This document shows positions 17,822 to 28,391 of a stretch of DNA of 46,479 nt, one piece after another. Every line of letters begins with the position of its first letter. Positions within the stretch are counted from its first letter, which is position 1. The notes under the pieces were generated by a model that ran no database searches, was not told the origin of the DNA, and worked only from the letters and a program-made list of their open reading frames with translations. This DNA comes from a virus (taxonomy: Duplodnaviria; Caudoviricetes). The stretch spans positions 1 to 46,479 of the IMG/VR virus record IMGVR_UViG_3300048576_000518; one strand, 5' to 3'. A program made the translations under genes and the position numbers.

Positions 17822-18044
17822 CTTGTTTAGCCTCCCCGCTTGAGTTAGTAAATAAATTCAGAGTAATGTATGACACAAATCCCCCCGCAGCGGCCAATAA
17901 TACCTCTTGCCAATTGAAATTAGCAAAAACAGTGGCAGAAGATAAAGCGGACGACAAAGCGGTCAATCCGGCAGTTATTCCAGATACGATTAATCCACGC
18001 CAAAAATCCCGGCTGTTCAATTTTAAAAATCCTGATTTTTTCAT
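17808..18044 (-). CDS. Putative holin
   Basis: 78 aa, two TM segments, charged tail, overlaps the endolysin start. Confidence 0.7.
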   Translation of the reverse strand: MKKSGFLKLNSRDFWRGLIVSGITAGLTALSSALSSATVFANFNWQEVLLAAAGGFVSYITLNLFTNSSGEAKQDDNK

Positions 18045-18045
18045 C

Positions 18046-18423
18046 TTAATTACTTTTGGTTAAAAAATTAAGTTTTCCTATTATAGGACATTTTTCATCT
18101 GGTATTTCGCACTCAACTTTACAAGTGATAGCCCGTTCAAAAATTATGTTTCTTTTTTCAGAATATGCTATTTCCTTGTCTTTTGAGTTCATGTCTTTTT
18201 CAAGCCTCTGTATCTTTTTTTCTTGCTCTTCGATCCTTGATGATAGCCGTTTGTTTTCCTCGCTAAGGCCATCGATGATACTGCGCAAAGCATCAATTTC
18301 CGACTTATCGGCTTCGGCTATTTTTATACGTTTATTCTGACGTATAAAAATAAAAAAGCTAATTGAACCAGTAAGGCCTCCAATAACACCTAATATACCT
18401 ACCAAAACATGAAAAATCTCCAT
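18046..18423 (-). CDS. Single-TM coiled-coil protein (holin/antiholin-associated)
   Basis: N-terminal TM followed by a coiled coil; precedes the holin. Confidence 0.65.
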   Translation of the reverse strand: MEIFHVLVGILGVIGGLTGSISFFIFIRQNKRIKIAEADKSEIDALRSIIDGLSEENKRLSSRIEEQEKKIQRLEKDMNSKDKEIAYSEKRNIIFERAITCKVECEIPDEKCPIIGKLNFLTKSN

Positions 18424-18587
18424 TTCCGTTTAGTTTTTATGGATTCCTCAACATCTTTTAATGCCGAAAACCCAGTTATCAACTTATTGTATTGCTCCTG
18501 TGTAAGATTGTCGCAATAACCGTTCTCTATTTTATTAATGAAGCTTTTCAGTATCTTTATTATTGATTTTTTTAATGCGTCCTCCAT
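18399..18587 (-). CDS. Small helical hypothetical protein
   Basis: 62 aa, overlaps both neighbours. Confidence 0.6.
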   Translation of the reverse strand: MEDALKKSIIKILKSFINKIENGYCDNLTQEQYNKLITGFSALKDVEESIKTKRKWRFFMFW

Positions 18588-18894
18588 TCTTAAAGTAAAA
18601 TATAGAAGCGATTATTATTACTAAGGTCAATACAAGAAGCATGTATATGCTTCCGTTTGAGATCCTGTACCCATTCACATAGAAAGATTCATATATAAGT
18701 GCAATAAGCATATTGAATATCAATACCAAGTGCCATTTGCACATTTTAAAAAATAGCGACCGGATTACAAGGTAGGATCTGTTTATATGTGAATAAAACC
18801 CCATAATATCTCCTGTATAACAAGCCAACAGAAATATATTCGTAATTACAGGATACAACCTTGTGTTCAAGACAACTAATTTGTAAAGGTTCAT
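18535..18894 (-). CDS. Multi-pass membrane protein
   Basis: Three to four hydrophobic segments; ATG at 18894 preferred to the upstream GTG. Confidence 0.65.
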   Translation of the reverse strand: MNLYKLVVLNTRLYPVITNIFLLACYTGDIMGFYSHINRSYLVIRSLFFKMCKWHLVLIFNMLIALIYESFYVNGYRISNGSIYMLLVLTLVIIIASIFYFKNGGRIKKINNKDTEKLH

Positions 18895-18901
18895 CTTAAC
18901 T

Positions 18902-19039
18902 TTAGTCACCCCCTCCAGTTGTTCCTCCACCTGTTCTCACATCTCCGGTCAACTCATTATTTTCCGTTTCTTTTTGTGGCTGAATTGGATTGGATTCTTT
19001 ATCCTGATCGTTTGCAGGAACTTCTTTTTCTTTTTCCAT
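18902..19039 (-). CDS. 45-aa acidic, Gly-tailed peptide (below ORF-track cutoff)
   Basis: MEKEKEVPANDQDKESNPIQPQKETENNELTGDVRTGGGTTGGGD*; 13 nt downstream of a TTATATTTTA motif. Confidence 0.55.
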   Translation of the reverse strand: MEKEKEVPANDQDKESNPIQPQKETENNELTGDVRTGGGTTGGGD

Positions 19040-19078
19040 AAACTTTTTAGTTTAAAATATAAATTAATAATAAATATA

Positions 19079-22000
19079 CTACAAATCTTTACTTAAAGCA
19101 ATAAGGTAGGCGCGGTATGTTGAGCCATCCCAAATTAACATAAACTGGACTGAATCACCTCTAGCCAACGACAGTCCATCTGTCACCACGTCTCCATTTG
19201 TATTTATGTACTGTGGGTAATCAGTTGATGATACCCCGGATACCGCCGTAGTTCTTCCGTACAGCAACCCGGATGTGGTTGAATCAGCCGACACCAATAT
19301 AATTATTTTTAATTTAAAAGGGACTGTAGATGCAATACCAAGCCTGCTCGCTATAGATGATTTAGCCGGCAACACTATACCTGAATTTGAATTTGTAAAT
19401 TTCATCAGTATTGTATCTAATGATAAAGAGTAATCACTGGGCACAAAAAAAGTATTGGCATTTGGGTTATTTGTTGTAAATGCGTATCCAAGAACCATCC
19501 CGTTTGCTTGAATATCTCCTTTTGTCTGAATAGCTATATTTTGTCCGGCACCCGTACATTCAATTATAAGCCCAAAATTTTTCCCAAACGCATTTATGTT
19601 TGTATTTAAAAATTTACCTACTGCCACTAACCCCGAAGATGCCGGCAAGACATTTTTACCAATGAGAGCAGTTGTGTTTGTGCCTGAATATTTGATAAAA
19701 CTATCATATAAAGACAACCCTTGACCTGTGCCATCGGAGACTGAAGCTTCCGACCCTATCCTGCCATTTGCTATCGAAAAACCTCCAATAGAACCACTAT
19801 CTGTTATTATCTTTCCCTCAAATTCACCATCCGTAAACTTGACTGAGCCATCGTGGTTAATAACTGCCTTATATGATTCATTGACAGTGCCAAAATTTTC
19901 AACACCTGCGGCAAAAGCGGCATTTTTTAATGAAGACAATCCGTTTATGAATGCAGTTATGACCCCGGATAAATTTCGAGCCCCAAGTAAAGCCGTCAAG
20001 ACCCGACCACCATCTATTTCTGTTGAAGAATCAATAAGTTCCCGGAGGTACGCGAGGTTATCCGCAGCCGTTTTGGCGGCATCTGCCTGCCCCTGCGCAG
20101 TCCCGATCTTATCGTCTAAGTCTTGGGGAGAGATACTGAAATTTCCCGGCCTGTTTCCTTCCGCATAGAACGGTTGGGCTATCGAGATATAATCGCTCGG
20201 GCTTTCCGCCTGAAAACTCAATACGGACGTGTATGAAGAGCCGTTCGAAATATGTTTCCCCGAGAATTTCTGCCATGATGTATTTAGCACCACATTATAT
20301 GATTCGCTGTTCACCGTGATCGTGCATGTTTGGGAAACGGTGCTTTTTATCCACACAGACCAGCAAAATTCCACTCCTGCCGGACGTAAAACCTCGTAGC
20401 CTATAGTCCAGGAATTGTCAGTCTCGAGGACATTACCAAATTGGGATTCCGGCACCACATCCCCGTAATTGTTATAATCCCAGAAGTCTAACCCTTTGGA
20501 AAAATCGGCGTTCCTGATTAAATTTATAGTCCCTACCTTGATATCCTGGATAGAAGATTCGGTGCCGGAAGCCCAGGTACCAAGGTCCACTTCCTCCCCG
20601 TTATGCGAAAACTTAACCGTGCCTACAAACTCGGAAGTACTGCCAATGTGGGTTTTTCTTCTACCTACAAGGGAGTAAGTGTTTATGCCCTCGTATTGGG
20701 CAAGGAAATCGGAAGAGATGGCAGACAAGACCAATGCCTTTTGCCGGGAGGCATCCGTCCTGTTGCCCAGCTGTATAATATTGTCGCCTGCTGCGGGAAC
20801 TCCATCGCCGTCTTTGTCCGAACCTGATAGGTCAATGTAATTGGCGCCTATTGCGGTGACCAACCGCCAATAATACTTGGCCCTGTTTCCGGTGAATATT
20901 TGGCAACGCGCCTGGTCTCCAACGTGGAATGTATTCGTTGCCTGCCCGTCACCCGTGTCAAAAAAGCACCTGTATCCATCTTCCGTGAAGGAAACAGAAG
21001 TACATTTTATCGGGTTGGCAGCGCTTATTACGATCTCACCCCCTTGGGCTATCACTTCCTGTACTATCCACGTGCGGAAAGTCGCATCTTTTCGAACCAC
21101 CATCTTGTCCACCTCAAGCAATGAATTGCCGTCCTTCATCCTGAACGTTCCACCTCCACCAAGGGTTCCGGGACTATAGGTGCCCACGTCAAGACCCTTT
21201 ATGAAACTAATAAGTTCGGCCACCGTATCGGGATTTATTTTTGACAGAAACTCCAACTTGGCCCGTTTGGATGAAAAAGCGTTGCTTTCAGATGGTGCAG
21301 TGGAATCATTTGAACGTATAAGATAAACTCCATTTCCAGAACCAAGATATGTTTGAGTTTTATACGTTATTGAATCTATTTGCGCCTCTAAATTACCAAA
21401 TCTTGTATACGCTACTGATTCTCCAACAGTTATAATAGGACTATCATAAGGCTTATCCAAGTTATACTCTACTCCTATAATCCTCGATATTCTTCCCGAT
21501 TCAAAATACCCTTGGTTTATAAGGTTTACTTTTTGCCCCAATATGTCTGCTGGTAATAATGATAATGGGTTACCTTCATTGTACACATAATCCGACATCA
21601 TTGTGTTGTCGTAAGTCGAAGGGTCTATCTTTGATTTTGCAATATAATCTTGCGCGGCTGCAAGTAATGCCTGTTCAGCTTGAGAAATAAGCGTAGATGA
21701 CACAAATGAAATGTCATATCCATACATGTTATAAGTATCACCCACAACTGGGTATAATATCCCATCTGGTAAATACCTTCCAGAATCTTGATTCCTTGAT
21801 ATTTCAAAAGTAGTACCGGTATTATCGCTATCTTTCAATTCAACTACAAAATCAAAACCGTTCAATAATCCTGAACTAAATTTAATACGCAGATCATCTA
21901 ATTTCCATGCAGCCAAGAAGTTTTTTAATGAAGTATCTTTGAATGTGAATATGGGATATGTTTCACCCGTGTTATTGCCGTCACTATCGGTATAGTTGCC

Positions 22001-22873
22001 GGTTGTTTGGGTTATTGAAGAAACAACTCCCTGTTGGCTTGGATATATCTCGTCAAATACGACAATCGATTCTACGGCCTCTTCTTCCGGCATCCCCTCG
22101 TAAGCGTCAAGATAGGGAGTTCCAACAGGTAGCATAAGCCTTTTCTGTACAACTCCGTTCACCGTTACCGATCCATCTACAGGACGGTAGTTTGATGGGA
22201 TATTACGGTCAGAACCAAAGGCTATTATACGTGTAGCATAGTCCGTTGAATCTTTGCTTCTTGACATTGACTCGACATTTACCCCAATCTGGTAATTGAC
22301 TGCATCACCAAACTCGCATTTTCCAAAATGGATTATATTGTCAAATACCCACCATTCGCACTCCCAAGTATTCGCGATGTCGGTAAGTGCATCAATGAGA
22401 TTTGTATTGTCATAGGACACCATTTTAGCGGAAGTATCCATCGTGGAATCAATTGAAAAAGAAAATGCAGTACCGTTATTGAAAGTATATCCTAATGCGG
22501 TGAGATTCCGGATGAAAATTCCCATGTGGGTGGATAAGTTGGCTGTCAAGCTCCATGAAGCCTCAGACCCTCCCGTTTCAGGCGTAAACTTAAATATCTT
22601 GTTTTTCCATTTCCAGTAATAGGCATCAAGCCTTAGTTCATAGTCCCAGCCCCCTGTTTTTGTATTGTATTCAGGTTTGTAAACATCGACTACTTCAAAG
22701 GTCCCATGTTCATTCGAAAACCATGATCCTAGTTTGAATATAACAGGGTTGGATAACGAGAATTTTAGCGTTACATAATCCTCTTTCATAAGGGTGAATT
22801 TACGCTTGCACCCTGTATTTATCGGTGTTGAAAATATTGTACTTCCGGATGTATTTTGTATGTCCACCATCAA
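19079..22873 (-). CDS. Large tail tip / baseplate hub (Tal-like) host-specificity protein
   Basis: 1264 aa after the distal tail gene; YATRIIAFGS motif; CBM-like NLIRNADFSKGLDFW segment; Gly/Ser/Thr-rich C-terminus. Confidence 0.8.
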   Translation of the reverse strand: MMVDIQNTSGSTIFSTPINTGCKRKFTLMKEDYVTLKFSLSNPVIFKLGSWFSNEHGTFEVVDVYKPEYNTKTGGWDYELRLDAYYWKWKNKIFKFTPETGGSEASWSLTANLSTHMGIFIRNLTALGYTFNNGTAFSFSIDSTMDTSAKMVSYDNTNLIDALTDIANTWECEWWVFDNIIHFGKCEFGDAVNYQIGVNVESMSRSKDSTDYATRIIAFGSDRNIPSNYRPVDGSVTVNGVVQKRLMLPVGTPYLDAYEGMPEEEAVESIVVFDEIYPSQQGVVSSITQTTGNYTDSDGNNTGETYPIFTFKDTSLKNFLAAWKLDDLRIKFSSGLLNGFDFVVELKDSDNTGTTFEISRNQDSGRYLPDGILYPVVGDTYNMYGYDISFVSSTLISQAEQALLAAAQDYIAKSKIDPSTYDNTMMSDYVYNEGNPLSLLPADILGQKVNLINQGYFESGRISRIIGVEYNLDKPYDSPIITVGESVAYTRFGNLEAQIDSITYKTQTYLGSGNGVYLIRSNDSTAPSESNAFSSKRAKLEFLSKINPDTVAELISFIKGLDVGTYSPGTLGGGGTFRMKDGNSLLEVDKMVVRKDATFRTWIVQEVIAQGGEIVISAANPIKCTSVSFTEDGYRCFFDTGDGQATNTFHVGDQARCQIFTGNRAKYYWRLVTAIGANYIDLSGSDKDGDGVPAAGDNIIQLGNRTDASRQKALVLSAISSDFLAQYEGINTYSLVGRRKTHIGSTSEFVGTVKFSHNGEEVDLGTWASGTESSIQDIKVGTINLIRNADFSKGLDFWDYNNYGDVVPESQFGNVLETDNSWTIGYEVLRPAGVEFCWSVWIKSTVSQTCTITVNSESYNVVLNTSWQKFSGKHISNGSSYTSVLSFQAESPSDYISIAQPFYAEGNRPGNFSISPQDLDDKIGTAQGQADAAKTAADNLAYLRELIDSSTEIDGGRVLTALLGARNLSGVITAFINGLSSLKNAAFAAGVENFGTVNESYKAVINHDGSVKFTDGEFEGKIITDSGSIGGFSIANGRIGSEASVSDGTGQGLSLYDSFIKYSGTNTTALIGKNVLPASSGLVAVGKFLNTNINAFGKNFGLIIECTGAGQNIAIQTKGDIQANGMVLGYAFTTNNPNANTFFVPSDYSLSLDTILMKFTNSNSGIVLPAKSSIASRLGIASTVPFKLKIIILVSADSTTSGLLYGRTTAVSGVSSTDYPQYINTNGDVVTDGLSLARGDSVQFMLIWDGSTYRAYLIALSKDL

Positions 22874-23274
22874 GATCTATTTTTAGGATTAGGTTCATTG
22901 AATTTCACTACCATGGAACAGGAATTCGAAACCCTATTAATACTTGTGCAATTCTTGTAAACCAGATGATATATATCATTGTTGACCTCCGGTACTTGAA
23001 TCGATATTTGTACTCCTTCCAATTCTGCCGTAAATAATGTTAGGTTTGAGATAAAAGAAGCTATGCTGTTTCCAAATATGTTGAATGCTAGCGTAACATC
23101 CCTTTCATCAACCTTTAGGTTTTCATACACAACCCTTTTACCGTGTTCAAGTCGTGACGAATTTTCAATAATATCCTTTGACGGTGACGGCATAAGCAAG
23201 TTTTCAATGAACCCGTCTCCCATTGAAACGCCCATTGTCGCCGCATCCGAACCATTTATTATCAAGTCAGCCAT
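22870..23274 (-). CDS. Distal tail protein (Dit-like)
   Basis: Between tape measure and tail tip; ENSSRLEHG, DERDVTL, FNEPNP motifs. Confidence 0.7.
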   Translation of the reverse strand: MADLIINGSDAATMGVSMGDGFIENLLMPSPSKDIIENSSRLEHGKRVVYENLKVDERDVTLAFNIFGNSIASFISNLTLFTAELEGVQISIQVPEVNNDIYHLVYKNCTSINRVSNSCSMVVKFNEPNPKNRS

Positions 23275-23301
23275 GTTCTTTTAAACTAAAATATAAAAAC
23301 A

Positions 23302-23329
23302 AAGCCGCTATCTTCACAGACAACAGCTT
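23302..23329 (-). terminator. GUGA-tetraloop hairpin with U-rich tail
   Basis: AAGCUGUUGUCU-GUGA-AGAUAGCGGCUU followed by UGUUUUU. Confidence 0.65.
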
Positions 23330-23428
23330 CGACCTTAAATACCATGAAAAACATATCATCAATTCACTACTTCAATACTAAAATATAAAGCAACGTAGCA
23401 TTTTACGACATTGATGATATTTTGATAC

Positions 23429-26400
23429 TTACACAAGCCCAGCCGTATTCTTTTTTACTTGGGCTATATCCGATTCAATATTCTTTAGCGATTTTGCCGA
23501 ATCCCCCGTATTGTTCCGTATCTCTACCAATTCAAGGTATGATTGAGCAAGCAATTGTCTATTCTCATCCGCTATGTTCTTAATATCGGAAGATACGGTA
23601 AGCATAGAACCAAGTTTTACATCCATAGCACTTAGCTTGTCTGCCTGAACGCTTGATTTTCCGGACATTGTTTCCATCGATATTTGCATGGCCGTAAACC
23701 GTCCGTTCAACTCTTCCGCTGTATCTTGCGTGAGGGATGCCGCACTTTTTGATGTAGCCGATTGGGAAGAATATGAGGAAGAACTTATTCCGGAAGCAGC
23801 TAAAGCTTGGTCGTACATTGATTGGGCATTACCATATATGGTTTCATAAAGTGATTGCAGTTCTGTTATTTCAGCTTCCGTTAATTTATTGTCGCTAGCC
23901 GAATAATTGGCAAACTTGGCATACCAGTCCTTTAAGGCGTTTGTCAAATAACTGTCCTTTACAAATTTCAAGACAGAATCACGCATCATGTCGTTGAAAT
24001 TATCAGCTATGTCAGACATTGTCGTCGATGTGTCTTGGAGAAGGTCATCCAACCCGTCCTTTACCGAATCAAATGAAATACCGGTCAAGGCCTGCTGTAT
24101 TGAATCCGACAAGTCGTCAAGTTCGCCCTGCGCATCAATAATGTTTTCAAGGTAACCGCGAATATCGCCGTCTATCAGTGACCAAGCATACGCGTTTTCC
24201 GACATAATTTTTGAAAGTTGGTCTCCAGAAAGCTTATAAAGGTCATCTATCGAATCCACTGTAATGCCAGCCGATTTGCTTAACGACTCCCAATACCCGG
24301 AGAGGGCATCGTTGGTCTTATATCCCTTTGAATGGGAGAACATGCCGCCCCCAGCATTTCCGGCCGCGGCCGCCAGCCTCCGGTATGAATCTATTTGGGA
24401 TTCTATGGCCACTTTTGCTTCTTGGTATGTCGCCATAGCGGAACTTCCAGACATACCTTCCAAGGCTTCTTTTTCTTTGTCTATAACACGTTGCAATACA
24501 TCCACGTAAGCTCCCAATGACAATTTTAATTCCTCATATTGCTTTGTCCAATTAGTAGAGCCCCATCCAAGCAATGAGGTTATCTGCCTCACAGTACCCT
24601 TCATCACCTTTATCGAACCGGTGATCACAGTCATGGGTTTTGAAAAGTCAATGGATGACAGACCGTCCATTATTTCGCCTGTGCCCTGTATGTATTTTTT
24701 TGTATTTTCATCAACATTGACTCCGACCATTTCCAGAGTGTCGATAATGTCGTTGGCGGCACCTACCGCTTGTTGCCCATATTGTGCAACTTGGTTCAAT
24801 GCCTTTGATGTTTGGATCAACGCCCTTGTCCTGTCACTTTCGGCATTTGCCAAGTCGGATTCCGCTTGCGCATAGTCAGACGAGCCGTCCAATCCTTCAC
24901 GCGTCAGCCTGTTCAATTGTTCCTGCGCTAAAGAAACGCGCCGCGCAGCTTCCTCATAATCAAAAAGGCCGGAACTGATAGCCTCAAATGGATCCCGGTT
25001 TTTGATCTGCTCATCCATCTTTTGTAAAGATTCTGAAACGGCCTTTATGCTATCCGGGGAAAGGTTCTTAGATTCTGAAAGGTATTTGCTTAGCTTGTCC
25101 CGCAAGGCCTTTAATGAACGCGTTGAAACTTCCTCAAGGTTACCGAAAACATTTTCCCAATCTATAGATTTTTGTAATTGCTCGAAATCTAATTCACCAA
25201 CCGATTGGTCAAACTGCTTTTTGGCCTCAACGATAGCTTCGGTTGTGGCTATTACAGTGGCTGAATCGTGCTTACTCATGGCATCGGCACGCTCTTCCTC
25301 TAAAGCTTTCACGTCATCATTGTATTTTTTCTCCAACTCCGTGCGTTTGGCCGCGTAATCTTGGTATTTGTCAAGCAATGATTTGAGCGAATTTTTTTGA
25401 GCTGTCGTCATTTCCAATGTTGCCGCAGCCTGCATATTGGCCAGTTCCGTCTTTGCATCACCCGTCAGTTGGCTTGCACCCGTTATGGTCGGAGTAAAGG
25501 TCAACCCTTTTTTCTTGTAATCCGGATTGGCGTTTATCCAAGCAAGCTTCTCGTTTTCCTGAGCCGTTTTTATCAGTTCGGCAGTCCGCTTTTTTATATC
25601 GTCCTGACGTTTCTGGTAATTGAGCTTTATTTGCGCCTGCTGTTTGGCATATCCCTCATCCATAGCCGCCATTTTGGCCTCAGACAAATCCGTTTCTGAA
25701 GATTCGACCGCAAGTTTTAACTTTTCATTATTTTCCGCTATCTTCTTTGCCCGTTCATCAGCTGCTACCTTTTCGGCATTAAGCTGTTCCTGTGTCTTTT
25801 TATTAGCTTTGTCTGTTTTGCTGACATTATACTTGTCTATTTCATCATCTAATTTTTTTATTTGGTTGAATAAAGATTTGGCGTCCTTGGAATTTAAATC
25901 AGCAGGTGCAATTTTATTGTATTGGTCTTGTAGTGCCTTCCTTCTGTCGGTTAACAACTGCAATCCTTTTGACCCTTCTTCAGCAAATATAGGAGCCATC
26001 ATGCTATTAGCTTGCTTAAGCTTTTCATTTGCATCTTTCTGACTCTTGATTATTTCATCAACATTTTGTTGTACGACATTTTTTTTACCTATGGATGTTT
26101 GGGTAGCTCCTGTGATGGAACTGTTTATAGACACGAAGTCTTCTTGAAACTTGGACACTATTGATTTCATCCCTTGGCTTAATCCACCACCAACTTCAAG
26201 TTGTGACCTTAGGGTGTCAAAATATGCTTTTCCAGTAGTTTCTCCAAATTTTTTAATAAAAGCCATCCTTATGTTATCATAACTCATCTGTTGCTTTCCT
26301 ATGGCATCCGAACCTATCTTGGCCGATGTAGTAGCTAAAGCGTCTGCCCTTGCCTTGTCAAGTATGGATTTTGTGACTTGACGGATATTTGCGTCAAGTT

Positions 26401-28138
26401 GCCCGTACTTTATATTCTCAATGTCCATCCCCTTGAAAACGTCTGGATATTGAGACAACAGCTTGCTTCTCGCCGAATACCATTCGTCTGTGCCTTGCTT
26501 CGTAGTCTTGAGGCTATTCACAAGGGCATTCAGTTTTCCAAGCTCAGATCCAGCACTGTTGGCAAAAGACTTATACATTTCTTTTACCTCATCACCAGCT
26601 AGCTTTGCAGCATTCTTAGCATCAAACAACCCGCTCACCCAATTAGCCACTTGCTTCCAATTCGTGATGAGATAAGTGGTCAGCAATAACAATGCGGTTT
26701 GCCAGCTGAATATAGCCCCGGTTATTTGTTTCCAAATGGGAATACCCGATTGCCCGCTTGCCTTCAACGCCTCATTGGCGGCCCTTGCATATTTGATCTC
26801 ATCAATAAGCATTGGCCAGTTATTGGAAACAGCAGAAATGAATACATTAATTCCATAAGCCGCTGACGGGAGTTCACGGGCAAGCTGGTTAACTTGGAAC
26901 TGGATGCCGTTGAACCCAGATTTATAGTTGCCTACATTTCGCTGAAACCGCCGTGAAAGTTCTTCGGCCTCGCTTAATTCGGTAGAAGTATTTTTTATGT
27001 CGGCAAGCAGCGCATCCCCGGCACTACTCTTGCGCATAGCACCTGACATGGCATCGTAGGAAGCCGTGAGTAGGGATAATTGAGCCCTTAGTTGCAACAC
27101 GCTGCCTTCGGCCAAGTTGTTCACCTTTATCTCGTTCACTTTCTCTTTTTGCAGGGAAAGTAATGCTTGTTCCTCCCGATATATGGCAGATATGGAAGAC
27201 TCGCGGGAAGTATCCGTTATATCCGCACCACCTTTCAGGCGGGCTATTTCCCGCAGCTTAGCAGATATTTCATTCAGGCTACCCTCGCTCATGCCCATTA
27301 CCTCGGTAAATGACTTTTGCGGGGCAATTGCTGCAGCATTTACTTCCTTGATGATGGATTTGAGGCGCTCGACCTCCGAATTAGCCTTTGTTATATCGGT
27401 TGAATCAATGTTCAACCGTGCCTTTACCGATTCAAAGGATTTTATCTTTGATTGGATGTCTGCGAGGGAGTTCTCCGGCATACTAAGGACGTCCGAGAAC
27501 GATAATCTACCCAAAGATGACAAAGTACCTTTCAAGCGTTCAACCTGTGCTTCAACAGTCTGTATTTGGCTAAAACGGTCAATCGGTATCGTCACCTTAT
27601 AATCGTTCAATGCCTTTATCTTGGCCTGAATGTCTGCGATCGATGTTTCTACCAAGTGGAACGGATGCACGTCTATGGTGTTGATCCTGATATTATCCTT
27701 GATTGATTTGCCGACGGTGTCAAGTGCCGACTTGGTTTTATTGAATTCGGATATGATAGCGGAGGCATCCGCTCCTTCCGGCAATGCCCTGTAGGCTTTC
27801 TCAAGGTCTGACAGCTTCAATATAAGCGAATCCACATAACCCATTTGCTTGGCTGAACTTGACTTCTGGCTTTCAACCAATGCTTTCATGGACTCGGCCG
27901 ATTTGCTGGCGTTGGCCGACAATTCGGAGTCAAGTGCTGTGGCAGCTTTTGCAGCCGACATGACAAGCTCTTCCATCCGCTTGGTTGCAGATTTCAATTG
28001 CGATTCAAGTTCTTTTATTGACGACTTCGACATTGATGAATCCAGAGACTGCAAAGAAGATTTAAGCTTCTCTATCTCTTCCCTTAAACGTATCACTTCC
28101 TGGTAGTCGGCTGCGACACGAAAATATAATTTACCCAT
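23429..28138 (-). CDS. Tail tape measure protein
   Basis: 1569 aa, Ala/Ser/Lys-rich helical with internal repeats, follows the chaperone genes. Confidence 0.9.
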   Translation of the reverse strand: MGKLYFRVAADYQEVIRLREEIEKLKSSLQSLDSSMSKSSIKELESQLKSATKRMEELVMSAAKAATALDSELSANASKSAESMKALVESQKSSSAKQMGYVDSLILKLSDLEKAYRALPEGADASAIISEFNKTKSALDTVGKSIKDNIRINTIDVHPFHLVETSIADIQAKIKALNDYKVTIPIDRFSQIQTVEAQVERLKGTLSSLGRLSFSDVLSMPENSLADIQSKIKSFESVKARLNIDSTDITKANSEVERLKSIIKEVNAAAIAPQKSFTEVMGMSEGSLNEISAKLREIARLKGGADITDTSRESSISAIYREEQALLSLQKEKVNEIKVNNLAEGSVLQLRAQLSLLTASYDAMSGAMRKSSAGDALLADIKNTSTELSEAEELSRRFQRNVGNYKSGFNGIQFQVNQLARELPSAAYGINVFISAVSNNWPMLIDEIKYARAANEALKASGQSGIPIWKQITGAIFSWQTALLLLTTYLITNWKQVANWVSGLFDAKNAAKLAGDEVKEMYKSFANSAGSELGKLNALVNSLKTTKQGTDEWYSARSKLLSQYPDVFKGMDIENIKYGQLDANIRQVTKSILDKARADALATTSAKIGSDAIGKQQMSYDNIRMAFIKKFGETTGKAYFDTLRSQLEVGGGLSQGMKSIVSKFQEDFVSINSSITGATQTSIGKKNVVQQNVDEIIKSQKDANEKLKQANSMMAPIFAEEGSKGLQLLTDRRKALQDQYNKIAPADLNSKDAKSLFNQIKKLDDEIDKYNVSKTDKANKKTQEQLNAEKVAADERAKKIAENNEKLKLAVESSETDLSEAKMAAMDEGYAKQQAQIKLNYQKRQDDIKKRTAELIKTAQENEKLAWINANPDYKKKGLTFTPTITGASQLTGDAKTELANMQAAATLEMTTAQKNSLKSLLDKYQDYAAKRTELEKKYNDDVKALEEERADAMSKHDSATVIATTEAIVEAKKQFDQSVGELDFEQLQKSIDWENVFGNLEEVSTRSLKALRDKLSKYLSESKNLSPDSIKAVSESLQKMDEQIKNRDPFEAISSGLFDYEEAARRVSLAQEQLNRLTREGLDGSSDYAQAESDLANAESDRTRALIQTSKALNQVAQYGQQAVGAANDIIDTLEMVGVNVDENTKKYIQGTGEIMDGLSSIDFSKPMTVITGSIKVMKGTVRQITSLLGWGSTNWTKQYEELKLSLGAYVDVLQRVIDKEKEALEGMSGSSAMATYQEAKVAIESQIDSYRRLAAAAGNAGGGMFSHSKGYKTNDALSGYWESLSKSAGITVDSIDDLYKLSGDQLSKIMSENAYAWSLIDGDIRGYLENIIDAQGELDDLSDSIQQALTGISFDSVKDGLDDLLQDTSTTMSDIADNFNDMMRDSVLKFVKDSYLTNALKDWYAKFANYSASDNKLTEAEITELQSLYETIYGNAQSMYDQALAASGISSSSYSSQSATSKSAASLTQDTAEELNGRFTAMQISMETMSGKSSVQADKLSAMDVKLGSMLTVSSDIKNIADENRQLLAQSYLELVEIRNNTGDSAKSLKNIESDIAQVKKNTAGLV

Positions 28139-28391
28139 TTTTATTCCTCCTTCTTTCGGCTAATTCTTTTCCAGATACTTTTTGTATTTTCTCCCCATTT
28201 ACCATGTGTAGCTTGTCTTTATTCATTACAAGAAGATTCCTGTATGGGATTGCCTCAAATACTTCACTATACGATAAATGCAGGTTTTCCATAAAAGAAG
28301 CTATTTGACCGTGCATCACATCATTCCCTATTATTGTTGTTTTGCCGCTATCTGTGTTGCTTGCTTCACCAAAGCGGCACAGGCGAAAAAA
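28131..28391 (-). CDS. Tail assembly chaperone -1 frameshift extension (gpT-like)
   Basis: The -1 frame is open from the slippery T TTT TTC (28385-28391) to the stop at 28131. Confidence 0.75.
   Translation of the reverse strand, partial: FFRLCRFGEASNTDSGKTTIIGNDVMHGQIASFMENLHLSYSEVFEAIPYRNLLVMNKDKLHMVNGEKIQKVSGKELAERRRNKNG

Noticed and set aside
15801-22873. Diversity-generating retroelement or invertible tail-fibre system
   Set aside because: No reverse transcriptase, invertase or TR/VR repeat pair was seen
27000-27700. Repeated S(L/I)xxIxAK segments as a separate repeat element
   Set aside because: Degenerate protein-level repeats normal for tape measure proteins
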